From positions 5,600,001 to 5,664,000 of the forward strand of contig JASGJH010000001.1 in NCBI GenBank assembly GCA_047601445.1: DNA of 64,000 nucleotides, written 5' to 3'. Below, in pieces: positions 1-10,274 of the stretch (its first letter is position 1; each line of letters begins with the position of its first letter). The notes under the pieces were generated by a model, which was given only the letters and a program-made list of their open reading frames with translations, did no database searches and had not been told where the DNA came from. The position numbers and the translations under genes were made by a program. The stretch comes from Myxococcales bacterium (GTDB taxonomy: Bacteria > Myxococcota_A > Polyangia > Polyangiales > DASUME01).

Positions 1-525
1 TTGCCGACCTCGGTGGCGGGCATCGCGCTCACGTACGTGTACTCGCAGCACGGCTGGATCGGGTCCTACGCCGCCAAGATCGGGGTGCCCATCGCCTTCA
101 CGCGCTTCGGCATCGTGGTGGCGCTCACCTTCGTGGGTATGCCCTTCGTCGTGCGCACGGTGCAGCCCGTGATGCAGGAGATCGACGCCCAGATCGAGGA
201 GGCGGCCGCGTCGCTCGGGGCCACCAAGTTCCAGACCTTCTCGCGGGTGCTGCTGCCCTTGCTCGCGCCGGCCATCGGCACGGGCTTCGCGCTGTCCTTC
301 GCGCGCGCGGTGGGCGAGTACGGCTCGGTGCTGTTCATCGCGGGCAACATGCCGATGCGCACCGAGATCGCGCCGCTGCTCATCGTCAGCAAGCTGGAGC
401 AGTTCGACTATGCGGGGGCGGCCGTGATCGGTGCGTCCATGTTGGCCGTGGCGCTCGTGGTGCTGCTGACGGTGCAGTTCCTGGAGCGCTCCCTGGAGCG
501 CAAGCTCGGTGGAGGTGAGTCGTGA
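1..525 (+). CDS. cysT: Sulfate ABC transporter permease CysT (5'-truncated by window edge)
   Basis: EAA loop (EEAAASLGA), [11 protein letters not shown]...[12 protein letters not shown] motif; directly upstream of cysW-cysA. Confidence 0.93.
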   Translation: MPTSVAGIALTYVYSQHGWIGSYAAKIGVPIAFTRFGIVVALTFVGMPFVVRTVQPVMQEIDAQIEEAAASLGATKFQTFSRVLLPLLAPAIGTGFALSFARAVGEYGSVLFIAGNMPMRTEIAPLLIVSKLEQFDYAGAAVIGASMLAVALVVLLTVQFLERSLERKLGGGES

Positions 526-1355
526 CACAACGAGCTAGCCTGGTTCGCTCCGAGCGACCTGAAGGCGCGGGACTCGTGCTCTTGCTGTTGGCGGTGCTCT
601 TGATGGGCCTGCTGGTGGTGGTGCCCCTGATCGCCGTCTTGAGCATGGCGTTCGCCAAGGGAATCTCCCCGTTCCTCGCGGCCATCTCGCACCCCGATGC
701 GGTGGCCGCCATGAAGCTCACGGGCATCACCGCGCTGATCGCCGTGCCGCTCAACGCCGTGTTCGGCGTGGCGGCGGCATGGGCCATCACCAAGTTCGAG
801 TTTCGCGGCAAGTCCCTGCTGATCTCGCTGATCGACCTGCCCTTCACCGTGTCGCCGGTGGTGGCAGGCCTGCTGTTCGTGCTGCTGTTCGGATCGCGCG
901 GCTGGTTCGGTCCGTTCTTCATCGAGCACGACCTGCGCATCGTCTACGCGGTGCCAGGCGTGGTGCTTGCCACGGTCTTCGTCACCTTCCCCTTCATCGC
1001 GCGCGAGCTGATCCCGCTCATGCAGGCCCAGGGCAACGAAGAAGAGCTGGCGGCCGTCACGCTGGGTGCAGGCGGGTGGGACGTGTTCTTTCGCGTGACC
1101 CTGCCCAACATCAAGTGGGGCCTGGTCTACGGCGTGGTGGTGGCCACGGCACGCGCGCTGGGTGAGTTCGGCGCGGTGAGCGTGGTCTCGGGGCACATCC
1201 GCGGCCTCACCAACACGCTGCCTCTGCACGTGGAGATCCTCTACAACGAGTACGACCAAGTGGGCGCCTTCTCGGTGGCCTCGCTGTTGACCCTGGTTTC
1301 GGTGATCGCGCTGATCGTGAAGAAGCTGATCGAGAGAAAGAAAGAGTCCGTATGA
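522..1355 (+). CDS. cysW: Sulfate ABC transporter permease CysW
   Basis: [47 protein letters not shown] motifs; GTGA overlap with cysT. Confidence 0.95.
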   Translation: MTQRASLVRSERPEGAGLVLLLLAVLLMGLLVVVPLIAVLSMAFAKGISPFLAAISHPDAVAAMKLTGITALIAVPLNAVFGVAAAWAITKFEFRGKSLLISLIDLPFTVSPVVAGLLFVLLFGSRGWFGPFFIEHDLRIVYAVPGVVLATVFVTFPFIARELIPLMQAQGNEEELAAVTLGAGGWDVFFRVTLPNIKWGLVYGVVVATARALGEFGAVSVVSGHIRGLTNTLPLHVEILYNEYDQVGAFSVASLLTLVSVIALIVKKLIERKKESV

Positions 1356-2392
1356 GTATCGAAGTTCGCGACGTCAGCAAGAGCTGGGGCAAGGTCATGG
1401 GCCTCGACCGCGTGAACCTGCACGTGGACACGGGCGAGCTCGTGGCGTTGCTCGGCCCCTCGGGCTCGGGCAAGACCACCCTCTTGCGCATCATCGCCGG
1501 CCTGGAGACCGCCGACGCTGGCAGCGTCTTCTTCGCGGGCGAGGACGCCACCGAGTCGCGCGTGCGCGAGCGCGGCGTGGGCTTCGTTTTTCAGCACTAT
1601 GCGCTGTTCAAGCACATGACGGTGGCCGATAACGTGGCCTTCGGCTTGCGCGTGATGCCCAAGGACCGGCGCCCCAACGAGGCGCAGATCAAGGCCAAGG
1701 TAGATCAACTCATCTCGCTGGTGCAGCTGGAGGGCCTGAGCCAGCGCTTCCCCGGCCAGCTCTCGGGTGGTCAGCGGCAGCGCGTGGCGCTCGCGCGCGC
1801 CCTGGCCGTGGAGCCCAAGGTGCTCTTGCTCGACGAGCCCTTCGGCGCGCTCGACCAGCGCGTGCGCGAGGAGCTGCGGCGCCGCCTGCGCAGGCTGCAT
1901 GACGAGCTGCGCGTGACCACGGTGCTCGTGACCCATGACCAGGAGGAGGCCCTCGAGGTGGCCGACCGCGTGGTCGTGATGCACCACGGCCGCATCGAGC
2001 AAGCCGGTAGCCCGGTGGACATCCTCGACCGACCGCAGACCGCCTTCGTGAACGAGTTCGTTGGCGACGTGAACACGCTGCGCGGCGTGGTGGTGGACGG
2101 ACACGCGGAGATCGGGGCCCTGCGGATCCCCGCCGACGGCCACGCGCCGGGCGCGCAGGTGCGGGCCCTGGTGCGCACCTACGACCTCAAGATGTGGCGA
2201 GACGACGCCGGCATCGCGACGGTCAAGCACATGTCTGCGCTCGGCGACCGCGTGAAGGTGACGACCCACCTCGACGGTGCCGGCGAGCTCTTCGCGCAGT
2301 TCCCGCGCCGCAGCAGCCTGCTCAAGGGCGTGGAACCCGGCTGCAGGGTGGCCGTGGAGGTCACGCTGGCGAGGTTGTATCCCGAGGGATGA
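1352..2392 (+). CDS. cysA: Sulfate ABC transporter ATP-binding protein CysA
   Basis: Walker [14 protein letters not shown] signature, [26 protein letters not shown]-terminal TOBE-like region. Confidence 0.95.
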   Translation: MSIEVRDVSKSWGKVMGLDRVNLHVDTGELVALLGPSGSGKTTLLRIIAGLETADAGSVFFAGEDATESRVRERGVGFVFQHYALFKHMTVADNVAFGLRVMPKDRRPNEAQIKAKVDQLISLVQLEGLSQRFPGQLSGGQRQRVALARALAVEPKVLLLDEPFGALDQRVREELRRRLRRLHDELRVTTVLVTHDQEEALEVADRVVVMHHGRIEQAGSPVDILDRPQTAFVNEFVGDVNTLRGVVVDGHAEIGALRIPADGHAPGAQVRALVRTYDLKMWRDDAGIATVKHMSALGDRVKVTTHLDGAGELFAQFPRRSSLLKGVEPGCRVAVEVTLARLYPEG

Positions 2393-2437
2393 ACGTTCGA
2401 CTGCGGCGTTGGACCGCACCGACTGGCGACCCGTTCG

Positions 2438-3454
2438 CTAGAACAGACGAGCCCTGCGCGAGAGCCATACGATGCTGCTCACGATCACGCCCACGGTGAG
2501 CCAGAACAGCGCGTAGCCGTACTCCCACTTGAGCTCCGGCAGGTGCTCGAAGTTCATGCCGTAGACGCCACACAGGAAGGTGAGCGGCAAGAAGATCACG
2601 CTGACCACCGTGAGGCGCTTCATCACCTGGTTGGTGCGGTGCGAGATCATGGACATGTGGAGGTTGAGGGACTCGGTGAGGATGTCGCGGTCCACCATCA
2701 AGTCGTGCAGCACGCGCTCTGCGGCGTGGGCCAGGTTCCCGAGCAGGTGTTGGGTCGTATCGCTGAGTTGCACGGAGCGCCGGGTGGCCAGGTCGCTGAG
2801 CACCGCCCGCGCTGGCAAGACGAGCTTGCGGAAGTTGAGTAGAGCCGCGCCCAGCGCGGAGACCTTGGTGAACACACGAGGATCCTCGGACTCTTGCATG
2901 AGCTCCGCCTGCAAGAGCTCCACTTGCTCTTCGAGACCGACCTGAACCACGCGATAGCTCTCCACGAGTTGATCCCAGAACTCGTAGACCAGGAAGCTCG
3001 GACTGCGCGCAAAGCGCAGAAAGTCCTGGCGATAGTTCTTGCGTAGCGCTTCCGTGAGCCGAGAGCCGCCGCGCTGCACGGTGAGCAGGAAAACGCCTCC
3101 GAACACGGCGTCGACGCGGCTCGTCAACAGCTGCGTCTGTTGGCATTGACACTCGCAGACCGTGAAGTGGAGGTAGTCCTCGTAGCGCGTGAGCTGGGTC
3201 ACCGGAGGTTGGAACAGGAGCTCGTCGATCAGAGCGTCGTGAATGAACCCGAGACAAGCGAGCACACTGCGGGCCGCTTTCACTTCGTGAACGACCACGT
3301 CGAGCCACACGAAGATGCCGCGCTGCAAGGCCGCCGGAATCTCTTCGATGCTCAGCTCGAGCTCCAGTCGGCGCTCGAAGTCGAGGCCGATCAAGCGGAG
3401 CGCGCACGCATCGCGCGACGGGGGAAGCGAGTAACGCACGGCCGGGGCGTTCAC
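2438..3454 (-). CDS. corA: CorA-family Mg2+/Co2+ transporter (start uncertain; ORF is open to 3727)
   Basis: C-terminal TNQVMKRLTVVSVIFLPLTFLCGVYGMNF...PEL.W.YGY signature. Confidence 0.9.
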   Translation of the reverse strand: MNAPAVRYSLPPSRDACALRLIGLDFERRLELELSIEEIPAALQRGIFVWLDVVVHEVKAARSVLACLGFIHDALIDELLFQPPVTQLTRYEDYLHFTVCECQCQQTQLLTSRVDAVFGGVFLLTVQRGGSRLTEALRKNYRQDFLRFARSPSFLVYEFWDQLVESYRVVQVGLEEQVELLQAELMQESEDPRVFTKVSALGAALLNFRKLVLPARAVLSDLATRRSVQLSDTTQHLLGNLAHAAERVLHDLMVDRDILTESLNLHMSMISHRTNQVMKRLTVVSVIFLPLTFLCGVYGMNFEHLPELKWEYGYALFWLTVGVIVSSIVWLSRRARLF

Positions 3455-3796
3455 GCGCAGAAGGTACCCGCTCTCGGTCCGGCATGCCCGCGCCCGCGAT
3501 CGCACGACGCGCGATTCGAACGTCGCGTTTCCGCAGGGAATCGATGTTGTTTCGGGAGTCGGCTCCTCGCGCGAGCCAGCCCTGCGCGTGGAATCGCTCG
3601 CGGTTCGCACGGTGTCGCCATCCCAACCCGGCAGTGCAGAACGAACGGGTGCAACGCGCGTGGCGCCCGGCTCGAAGGGCGCAGAAATGGGAACCATCAC
3701 CACCCTGTCCAAACCCGAGAGCGCCACGTTGGCTGCTCACCCGCGCACTCTTCGACCCTCTGGCTAAGGCTTTGAAACAGGCTTAAAGTTAATCTC

Positions 3797-4360
3797 ATGC
3801 AGTCGAGTGATGAGGTTCAACCCAGCTTGTGGACACTCTTGAGCGAGGATCTCCAGGCCCACGGCGGAGATTGGACGCGGCCCGGTTTTCAAGCGATCGC
3901 CGTGTATCGCTTCGGAGTTTGGCGCATGGGCGTCGAGCGCAGGTCGCTCAGGCTGCCCCTGAGCTTCGCGTACAAGGCGATGTTCACGGCCGTGCGCAAC
4001 TTCTACGGCATCGAGCTGCCCTACACGGCCAGCATCGGGCGGCGCGTGATCTTCGAACACCAGCACGGCATCGTGGTCCACGGCAGCACCGTGATCGGGG
4101 ACGATTGCATCGTGCGCCATGGCGTGACCTTCGGCATCCGCCGCATGGACGACCTCTCCCAGGCACCCGTGGTGGGCCGCAGCGTGAACGTGGGTGCGGG
4201 CGCGAAAATCATCGGGCGCGTCGTGGTGGGAGACCACGCGGCCATCGGTGCCAACGCGGTGGTGCTGCACGACGTTCCGTCGGGAGCCCTGGTGATTGGG
4301 GCGCCGGCCCAGATCGTGGAGCGCAAGAGCACCTTGCCGAGCCTGCGCGAAGTCAAGTGA
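3797..4360 (+). CDS. Serine O-acetyltransferase-like hexapeptide-repeat acyltransferase (short CysE/WcaB type)
   Basis: GIELPYTASIG, HQHGIVVHG, hexapeptide repeats, GANAVVLHDVP...GAPA. Confidence 0.85.
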   Translation: MQSSDEVQPSLWTLLSEDLQAHGGDWTRPGFQAIAVYRFGVWRMGVERRSLRLPLSFAYKAMFTAVRNFYGIELPYTASIGRRVIFEHQHGIVVHGSTVIGDDCIVRHGVTFGIRRMDDLSQAPVVGRSVNVGAGAKIIGRVVVGDHAAIGANAVVLHDVPSGALVIGAPAQIVERKSTLPSLREVK

Positions 4361-4370
4361 GGCTTCTTCA

Positions 4371-4448
4371 GGGGAGGTCACGCGACCTCCCCGCCGGTCG
4401 CGGCAAAGCCGCGCCGGGTCCCACCCCACCGCGAGGTTCGCTGCGCTC
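4371..4448 (+). repeat. Dispersed ~78-bp palindromic REP-like element, copy 1
   Basis: GGGGAGGTC-ACGC-GACCTCCCC hairpin, then GCGGC-AAA-GCCGC hairpin, then CCCACCCCACCGCGAGGTTCGCTGCGCTC tail; matches copies at 5272, 54382, 63157. Confidence 0.9.
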
Positions 4449-4498
4449 GACGGTCCACCAAAGCGAGCCCTAGCCTGGGAACGACCTATACTCCCGCG

Positions 4499-5203
4499 AT
4501 GGGAAGTGCCGAGGCACCGCGCGTCTACAAATATTACGACCTGATCATGGCGGCCTTCGTGTGCGTCCTGCTGTGCGCCAATCTGATCGGCGTCAGCAAG
4601 ATCACGCAAGTCACGTTGCTGGGTACCACGCTGACCTTCGGGGCGGGCAACCTCTTCTTCCCCTTCAGCTACTTGTTCGGCGATGTGCTGACGGAGGTCT
4701 ACGGCTACGCGCGATCGCGCAAGGTGGTCTGGGCGGGATTCTCGGCGCTGGCCTTCGCATCCGTGATGAGCTTCGTGGTCGTGAACATGCCCCCTGCCGA
4801 GGGCTGGCACGGGCAGGCCACCATCGAGGCCGCCTTCGGCTCCACCTGGCGCATCGCGTCGGCCTCGCTGATCGGGTATTTCTGCGGCGAGTTCGCCAAC
4901 TCGTTCACGATGGCCAAGCTCAAGGTGCGAACCTCCGGGCGCATGTTGTGGCTGCGCACCATCGGCTCCACTGTGGTAGGTGAGGCCTGCGATACCGTGG
5001 TGTTCTATCCGCTGGCGTTCTACGGCGTGTGGAGTGACGAGCTCTTGCTCAAGGTGATGCTCGCCAACTACATCATCAAGGTGGGCTGGGAAGTAGTCCT
5101 CACGCCTCTCACGTACCGCATCGTGGGCGCCCTCAAGCGAGCCGAGGGCGAGGACTACTACGACCGCGACACGAACTTCACGCCCTTCTCACTGGAGACC
5201 TGA
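4499..5203 (+). CDS. Queuosine precursor transporter (YhhQ/VUT family)
   Basis: Hydrophobic 234 aa; FPFSYLFGDVLTEVYGY, RIASASLIGY..GEFANS, WLRTIGSTVVGE..DT motifs. Confidence 0.9.
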   Translation: MGSAEAPRVYKYYDLIMAAFVCVLLCANLIGVSKITQVTLLGTTLTFGAGNLFFPFSYLFGDVLTEVYGYARSRKVVWAGFSALAFASVMSFVVVNMPPAEGWHGQATIEAAFGSTWRIASASLIGYFCGEFANSFTMAKLKVRTSGRMLWLRTIGSTVVGEACDTVVFYPLAFYGVWSDELLLKVMLANYIIKVGWEVVLTPLTYRIVGALKRAEGEDYYDRDTNFTPFSLET

Positions 5204-5271
5204 GGGACCCGACGGGCGGAGAGGTCGCGTGACCTCCCCGTTCAATCGAGCCAACGAGCACGGCACGGCGT

Positions 5272-5349
5272 GAGCGAAGCGAGCCTCGCGGTGGGGTGGG
5301 TCCCGGCGCCGCTTTGCTGCGACGGGCAGGGAGGTCGCGTGACCTCCCC
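5272..5349 (-). repeat. REP-like element copy 2 (reverse orientation), with a partial duplicate at ~5210-5246
   Basis: Reverse complement GGGGAGGTCACGCGACCTCCCTGCCCGTCGCAGCAAAGCGGCGCCGGGACCCACCCCACCGCGAGGCTCGCTTCGCTC aligns with copy 1. Confidence 0.9.
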
Positions 5350-5351
5350 GT

Positions 5352-8300
5352 TCAATCAATTCGGAAGCTGCACTCCACGGTGAACGCGTTGGTGTTGTTG
5401 GTGTCGTCGCACTCCGCGATCTTGCGCTCGGGATCGACCACCGCGTGCACGTTCACGTCGAGGTCCCCCACGTCCACGGACACGGTCTGGGTTTGTTGGC
5501 TCTCGCCCGCGAGGTTGCTGAACGTTACGTCCCTGAGCGCAGCGCCGCCCACCACGGGGTTGCCTGCGTAGAGCGTGACCTTCACTTCGGGTACCGCGAC
5601 CTGGCTGTCGTTGAAGACGGTGACCTGCATGCTGCGTGACGGACAGGAGCTGCCGGGACCCGTGATGGCGACGCGCAGCTCCGGGATGGCGGTGGTGACC
5701 ACCACGTCTGCCTCGGCCGTGTTGTTGAAGTCCTGACACTCGCGCACGCTGCCCACCAGGCCGTCGATCGGCGTGGCCGTGTAATCCACCAGCGCCTTCA
5801 CCTTGCTCGGCAAAGCGCCCGCGTCGTGGACCAAAGTAACGAAGGTCTCCGCACCTGGCGCCAGCGCGACCCCGAGCGTCTGCACTCCGAGCTCGTTGTC
5901 GGCCTCGTCGGTGAAGCGCACCTTCACGTCGGGTCCGGTGCCGAGGTCGCCCTGATTCTTGATCAAGGCCACGATCTTGATCTCGGTGCCGACCAGACCG
6001 CCGCAGGCAGCGCTCGGGGCGTTCACCGTGAGTCCCGCCACGACCAGGTCTGGCGCGATGTTGTCGATGGGCGGCAGGTTCGAGCGGTAGGTGTTGTAGT
6101 TGCGTCCGCCGTAGCTGCGCCAGTTGGGCACTTCGTCGGCGGGGATGCTGCCATCCTCGTGCACGTTGGTGATGTGATAGGCGTGCTGGTTCCAGATGCG
6201 CCGCGCGGAGATCCAGCCGTCGGTGGGGTCGCCGATCACGTTGATGCCGTTGATGAAGAGGCGGGTGCCGTCCGGCGGCGCGGTGGGTAGCGCGGGGCGG
6301 ATGGGCCCGCAGCTCTCGCTGCGCAGGTTGGAGCCCGAGTACACGATCTCCGCATTGCCGTCGCCGTCCACATCGGCCACCACGGGATACTCGATGCGCG
6401 TCGGGCTCTGCGAGTCGAGACGCTGATAGACCTTGCCGGTCTTGCCCTCGTAGATGCGGAAATAGCATTCGTCGTTGTAGACGACCTCGGCCGCACCATC
6501 GCCGTTGAAGTCGAACACACTGGAGCCGGTCACGCGGCTGGTGGTGTCCTGGGTGGTGCTGCTCCAGCCGTTGTGCAGACACACGCACTCATGGGAGCGC
6601 GTGTTGCATGCGAGCTCGCTGCTGCCGCAGTCGGCGTCCACGCTGCACTGCACGTTGGAGGTGGCGCGCGGTTGGTTGCCAGCGCCGTTTTTGTAGCTGG
6701 TGGGATCGGCGGAGTTGGGGTCGCCGTCGAGCACGGTGTCCCAACGAGGACACATGGCCGTGGGCGGCTGGAAGTCCACCATGAAGTAGGAGTTGTCGAA
6801 GGCCGTGCCCACCTCGGGGAAGCCGTCGCCGTCGAAGTCGTCGATGTTGGGCGCGCCGCCGTCCTTGTCGCGCAACGTGCGCTGAAAGCGCAGTCGACCC
6901 GTGGCGCCGTCGTACACGCGCAGGTAGCCGCTGCTCACGAGCACGACCTCCGGCTGACCATCGAGCCCGTGGCCCTCGCTCAGGTCTGCGTACGCGTTGG
7001 TGGCCTCGGTCGGAGGATTGGCGGTCTCGTGTGCCGCATCGATGGGGCCGAACACGTCCGCGATGGCGCAGAAGCCCTCCGCCGCGGTGTGCGCAGCGTT
7101 CCAGGTGGTGTGTGGGAGCAGCTCGTTCTTGTTGTAGGCGACGCACAGGTCGCCCGTGGCGTCCGCCTCGCAGTCGGCGGGCCCCGGCACGAAGTAGAGG
7201 CTGCTGCCGGATACGAGCTCCATGCTGCCGCCTTGCACCAGGTCCGTGATGCAGCTCATGGCACCTTGCTTGGCTCCGCTGCCGCCGTCGCCGTTGATGC
7301 CCTGCATGCCGCCCGCAGGCGGATACAGCACATGGTCGACCTCGAGGCCGGCTGCGCCTTGCTTCAAGAAGATCACGGTGGAGCCCACGACGATCTCCGC
7401 GAAGCCCACGTGGTCGATGTTGGCCAAGGCCGCCGCCGGATCGGGCCCCTTGAAGTTCTTGGGCATCGTGTACTGCGTGATGAGCTGACCGTCGTTGCGG
7501 TAGATCACCAGGCGATTGTTCTCGCCCTGGCTCGCCGCGTGGCCCATGTAAACGATCTCGGGGAAGCCGTCGTGATCGATGTCGCCCACCGCGACGCCGC
7601 CGTTGGGCTCGAGGTCGCCGGTGCCGCAGGCGCAGTCGCCCGCACCGCTCGGGGTGGGATCGCCTTCCTTCCAGGTCTTGCCAGCACACACCGCGAAGTA
7701 GTCCTCACCGGCCAACGAGACCTTGTGCACGATCGAGGCGTCGTTCTCGTCGGGCACCAACCTGGAGCCGCCGCCATGGACCGCGCGCAGCATGCCGCCG
7801 TACTGGTAGTTGGTCTGCGCGCCGGAGCAGAACGCCGGGAACACCACTTCGGGCGAGTCGAGCTCGTTGATCTTGCCGTCGCCGTTGTCGTCGTCGAGGT
7901 TCGCCACCACGGGCACGGCGCTCACCTGCGCATGCTCCTTGAAGGGACGCACCTTGCCACTCGCGCTGTTCTTGGCGTTGCGCGACGTACCGGGCGCGGG
8001 CGTGGCCTTGTCGGTGTAGCCGTCGAGGTCGTCGCCGCCCCAGGGGAAGCCCGGCTTCTTCACGGGCAAAAGGTCCGCGAAGGCTTGCGGCTGGATCGTG
8101 CAGGCTGCCTTCTTGCCAGTACCCTCGCAGGAGCCCTGCTTGCACTCGGTGTAGGCGGGGCAATCCCAGTCATCCCGACAGGTGCAGGTGGTGCCACCCT
8201 CGGGGCACAGGCTCTCGAGGCCGGGCTCGGTCACGCAGGTCACGCGCGTGAACTCGGCAGCACCGTTGGGCTGACACTCGAGCACCGCACCTTGCTCGCA

Positions 8301-8846
8301 ACGACCCGCGCCGGGCGCGCACAGGTCGCCCACGCAGATGGTGCCGTTGCAGTACTGATCGGCGGCGCACTGCACGTCCGCGTCGCAGCGGTTGTCCTGG
8401 CACACGTTGCCGTGCCCGTCGGCGGCCGGCACGCAGACCTCGAGCTCGCTGCAGTGCGCGTCGGCGCAGCTGTTGTCCACGCACGACGACACACCCTGGA
8501 CGTCGCGCTCGCACCGCTGCCCCTGAGCGCAGCCGGGTTCGCAGGATGCCACACAGGAGCCCATGTTGTTCTCGACCCGGCACTCCATCTGGGCCGGGCA
8601 CGTGATGCCCTCGCAGCTACCGACGCAGCCGGATCCCTGCGGGTCACAGACCTGGCCCGCTGCGCATCCCTGCTCCTCGCACGTGCGGGTGGAGCCGTCG
8701 TCCAAGTCGCCGCCGCTGCCGCTGTCGTCCTCGATGGGACCGCCGTCCTGGTCGTCCCCATCTCCGTGGCCCGCGCTGGTGCCGCCCCCCGAACACCCGC
8801 TCCAAGTCAGCGAACCGAAAGCCAAGACCAGAAGCCACGCTCGCAC
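5352..8846 (-). CDS. Large secreted Cys-rich lipoprotein with FG-GAP/VCBS repeats and C-terminal CARDB-like domains
   Basis: Signal peptide/lipobox (LTWSGC), Cys-rich N-terminal region, repeats such as VGDIDHDGFPEI, FDFNGDGAAEV, VADVDGDGNAEI, and PDLVV...ECxxxNN tails; GTG start chosen, ORF is open to 8894. Confidence 0.8.
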   Translation of the reverse strand: MRAWLLVLAFGSLTWSGCSGGGTSAGHGDGDDQDGGPIEDDSGSGGDLDDGSTRTCEEQGCAAGQVCDPQGSGCVGSCEGITCPAQMECRVENNMGSCVASCEPGCAQGQRCERDVQGVSSCVDNSCADAHCSELEVCVPAADGHGNVCQDNRCDADVQCAADQYCNGTICVGDLCAPGAGRCEQGAVLECQPNGAAEFTRVTCVTEPGLESLCPEGGTTCTCRDDWDCPAYTECKQGSCEGTGKKAACTIQPQAFADLLPVKKPGFPWGGDDLDGYTDKATPAPGTSRNAKNSASGKVRPFKEHAQVSAVPVVANLDDDNGDGKINELDSPEVVFPAFCSGAQTNYQYGGMLRAVHGGGSRLVPDENDASIVHKVSLAGEDYFAVCAGKTWKEGDPTPSGAGDCACGTGDLEPNGGVAVGDIDHDGFPEIVYMGHAASQGENNRLVIYRNDGQLITQYTMPKNFKGPDPAAALANIDHVGFAEIVVGSTVIFLKQGAAGLEVDHVLYPPAGGMQGINGDGGSGAKQGAMSCITDLVQGGSMELVSGSSLYFVPGPADCEADATGDLCVAYNKNELLPHTTWNAAHTAAEGFCAIADVFGPIDAAHETANPPTEATNAYADLSEGHGLDGQPEVVLVSSGYLRVYDGATGRLRFQRTLRDKDGGAPNIDDFDGDGFPEVGTAFDNSYFMVDFQPPTAMCPRWDTVLDGDPNSADPTSYKNGAGNQPRATSNVQCSVDADCGSSELACNTRSHECVCLHNGWSSTTQDTTSRVTGSSVFDFNGDGAAEVVYNDECYFRIYEGKTGKVYQRLDSQSPTRIEYPVVADVDGDGNAEIVYSGSNLRSESCGPIRPALPTAPPDGTRLFINGINVIGDPTDGWISARRIWNQHAYHITNVHEDGSIPADEVPNWRSYGGRNYNTYRSNLPPIDNIAPDLVVAGLTVNAPSAACGGLVGTEIKIVALIKNQGDLGTGPDVKVRFTDEADNELGVQTLGVALAPGAETFVTLVHDAGALPSKVKALVDYTATPIDGLVGSVRECQDFNNTAEADVVVTTAIPELRVAITGPGSSCPSRSMQVTVFNDSQVAVPEVKVTLYAGNPVVGGAALRDVTFSNLAGESQQTQTVSVDVGDLDVNVHAVVDPERKIAECDDTNNTNAFTVECSFRID

Positions 8847-9068
8847 GTGCTTGCCCTCGCGCGAGCTCGCGCGACCCCACTCCGAACATCCCATGTTTGG
8901 AATTGTCCGTTGGCCCGAGATGGGGAAGCAATAGTTTGCTCGTGGGAGCGGCGACGGCCTGCGTGAGCGCCACCGTCAACCGTGGGAGCGGCCACGCACA
9001 CCGTCGCCGTCGCCGTCAAAGTCCACGACCAGGCCCGCGACCAAGTCGAGGTCGCGGAACCCCGCCCA

Positions 9069-10148
9069 TTACGGCTCCCGCAGGATGATGTGAAAGCCGA
9101 ACGGGGTCTCCACCACGTTGGAGATCTGGCCTGGGGCCATCGCAAACAGCACGTTCTCGAACTCCGGCACGAGCTCGCCGCGGGTGAAGCGCCCGAGCTC
9201 GCCTCCGTCCGGAGCGCTCGGGCAATCGCTCTTCTCCTTGGCCAACTGCGCGAGATCCGCGTGCTGCTCCACGATGCGCTTGTGAAGCTCCGTGGCCAAC
9301 GCGCGAGCCTCGTCCTTGCTACGGGTGACCTTGGCGTCCGCCCCCTGGGCCCCCGCGTACTGGATGAGGATGTGCCTCGCACGCGCCATCGGATAGGCCT
9401 CCTGGCTGGCCTGCTTGGCCTGTGCGTAGCCTTCGGGGGTCTCCTGCAGGGCGCGCTCGACCGCCGTCTCGAAGGCTTGATAGGGCTGCGCACCCGCCAG
9501 CAGGCGTCCATTCACGAACGTGGCCGGCGTACCGAAGCCTCCCGAGGCCGCCCCCGAGTCCACCAACCCCTGCAGCTCCAGCTGGATGCGCGGCGCGTGT
9601 CGATGGTCGCCCAACGCCGCGCGCACTTGCTCCGGGTTCACGCCCTCGATGCCCTTCGCCTGTGCCACAAGGCCCTCGACGTCGAGGTTGCCCTGATGCT
9701 CGAACAGCGAGTCGTGATAGGCCCAAAACGCCTTGTCCCCACCCTGGCTGTAGACCTCGAAGGCCGCCTCGGCCGCGGGCAGCGCGTGCTCGTGAAAGGG
9801 CAGCGGGCAGTTTCGCCACACGATCTGCACGAGCTCTCCGTAGTTCTCGGCGAGCTCGTGGATGGTGGGCACCACGCGCGCGCAGAAGGGACACTGGAAG
9901 TCCGAGCACACCTCCACTCTGACCTTGGCGCTGGCGCTCCCGAGCATCGGCTGTTTGGGCAGCGGCTGGAGCTCGAAGACGCGCTCGACGGAGTTCTGCA
10001 GCTCGCGCTGAGCGGCTAGTTCGAGTTGGCTCACTCCGGGCGCGGCATCTGACGCGGGAGCATCGTTCGCGGCCTTGGGCGCGGGTTTCGGTTGAGTCGA
10101 CACGCAGGCGGCGAACAAGAGTGCGGCGGAGAGGAGAAGAGCCTTCAT
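9069..10148 (-). CDS. Lipoprotein: DsbA-like thioredoxin domain fused to a C-terminal parvulin (PpiC) PPIase
   Basis: Lipobox FAAC; SDFQCPFC active site and GTP cis-Pro loop; ARHILI...SDCPSAPDGGELG...VETPFGFHII rotamase motif. Confidence 0.88.
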   Translation of the reverse strand: MKALLLSAALLFAACVSTQPKPAPKAANDAPASDAAPGVSQLELAAQRELQNSVERVFELQPLPKQPMLGSASAKVRVEVCSDFQCPFCARVVPTIHELAENYGELVQIVWRNCPLPFHEHALPAAEAAFEVYSQGGDKAFWAYHDSLFEHQGNLDVEGLVAQAKGIEGVNPEQVRAALGDHRHAPRIQLELQGLVDSGAASGGFGTPATFVNGRLLAGAQPYQAFETAVERALQETPEGYAQAKQASQEAYPMARARHILIQYAGAQGADAKVTRSKDEARALATELHKRIVEQHADLAQLAKEKSDCPSAPDGGELGRFTRGELVPEFENVLFAMAPGQISNVVETPFGFHIILREP

Positions 10149-10274
10149 ATCCCTCCAGAGTAGCAGGCCCGAACGAGCGCACGACGCGGGCGTTTCTGCG
10201 ACCTTTTAGGCCATCCCCGCGTGGGGACCTCGAACTTGAGAAACCCGGGCTGCACTGGTAGACCTCGGGCCTCC

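Noticed and set aside
3797..4360. cysE as part of the sulfate operon
   Set aside because: Separated from cysTWA by the oppositely oriented corA and lacks the N-terminal helical domain of canonical CysE; the link to cysteine synthesis is unsupported.
4449..4498. preQ1 riboswitch upstream of the queuosine-precursor transporter
   Set aside because: No A-rich tail or preQ1 stem; the leader is occupied by the REP-like repeat and a -10 box adjacent to the ATG.
5210..5356. CRISPR-like direct repeats (GAGGTCGCGTGACCTCCCCGTTCAATC twice)
   Set aside because: Only two copies, 110 bp apart, and no cas genes; they belong to the dispersed REP-like family.
6573..8966. Long antisense or alternate-frame ORFs (e.g. 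6573..8966 +, 35827..37986 +, 58093..59973 -, 52443..54263 -)
   Set aside because: Shadow ORFs typical of high-GC DNA; they overlap well-supported genes and show no recognisable motifs.
8941..9065. Short direct repeat CGTGGGAGCGGC x2 and a hexamer-periodic tract between two genes
   Set aside because: Too short and degenerate to call an element. It loosely resembles the 38925-39258 tract, but I could not align them.
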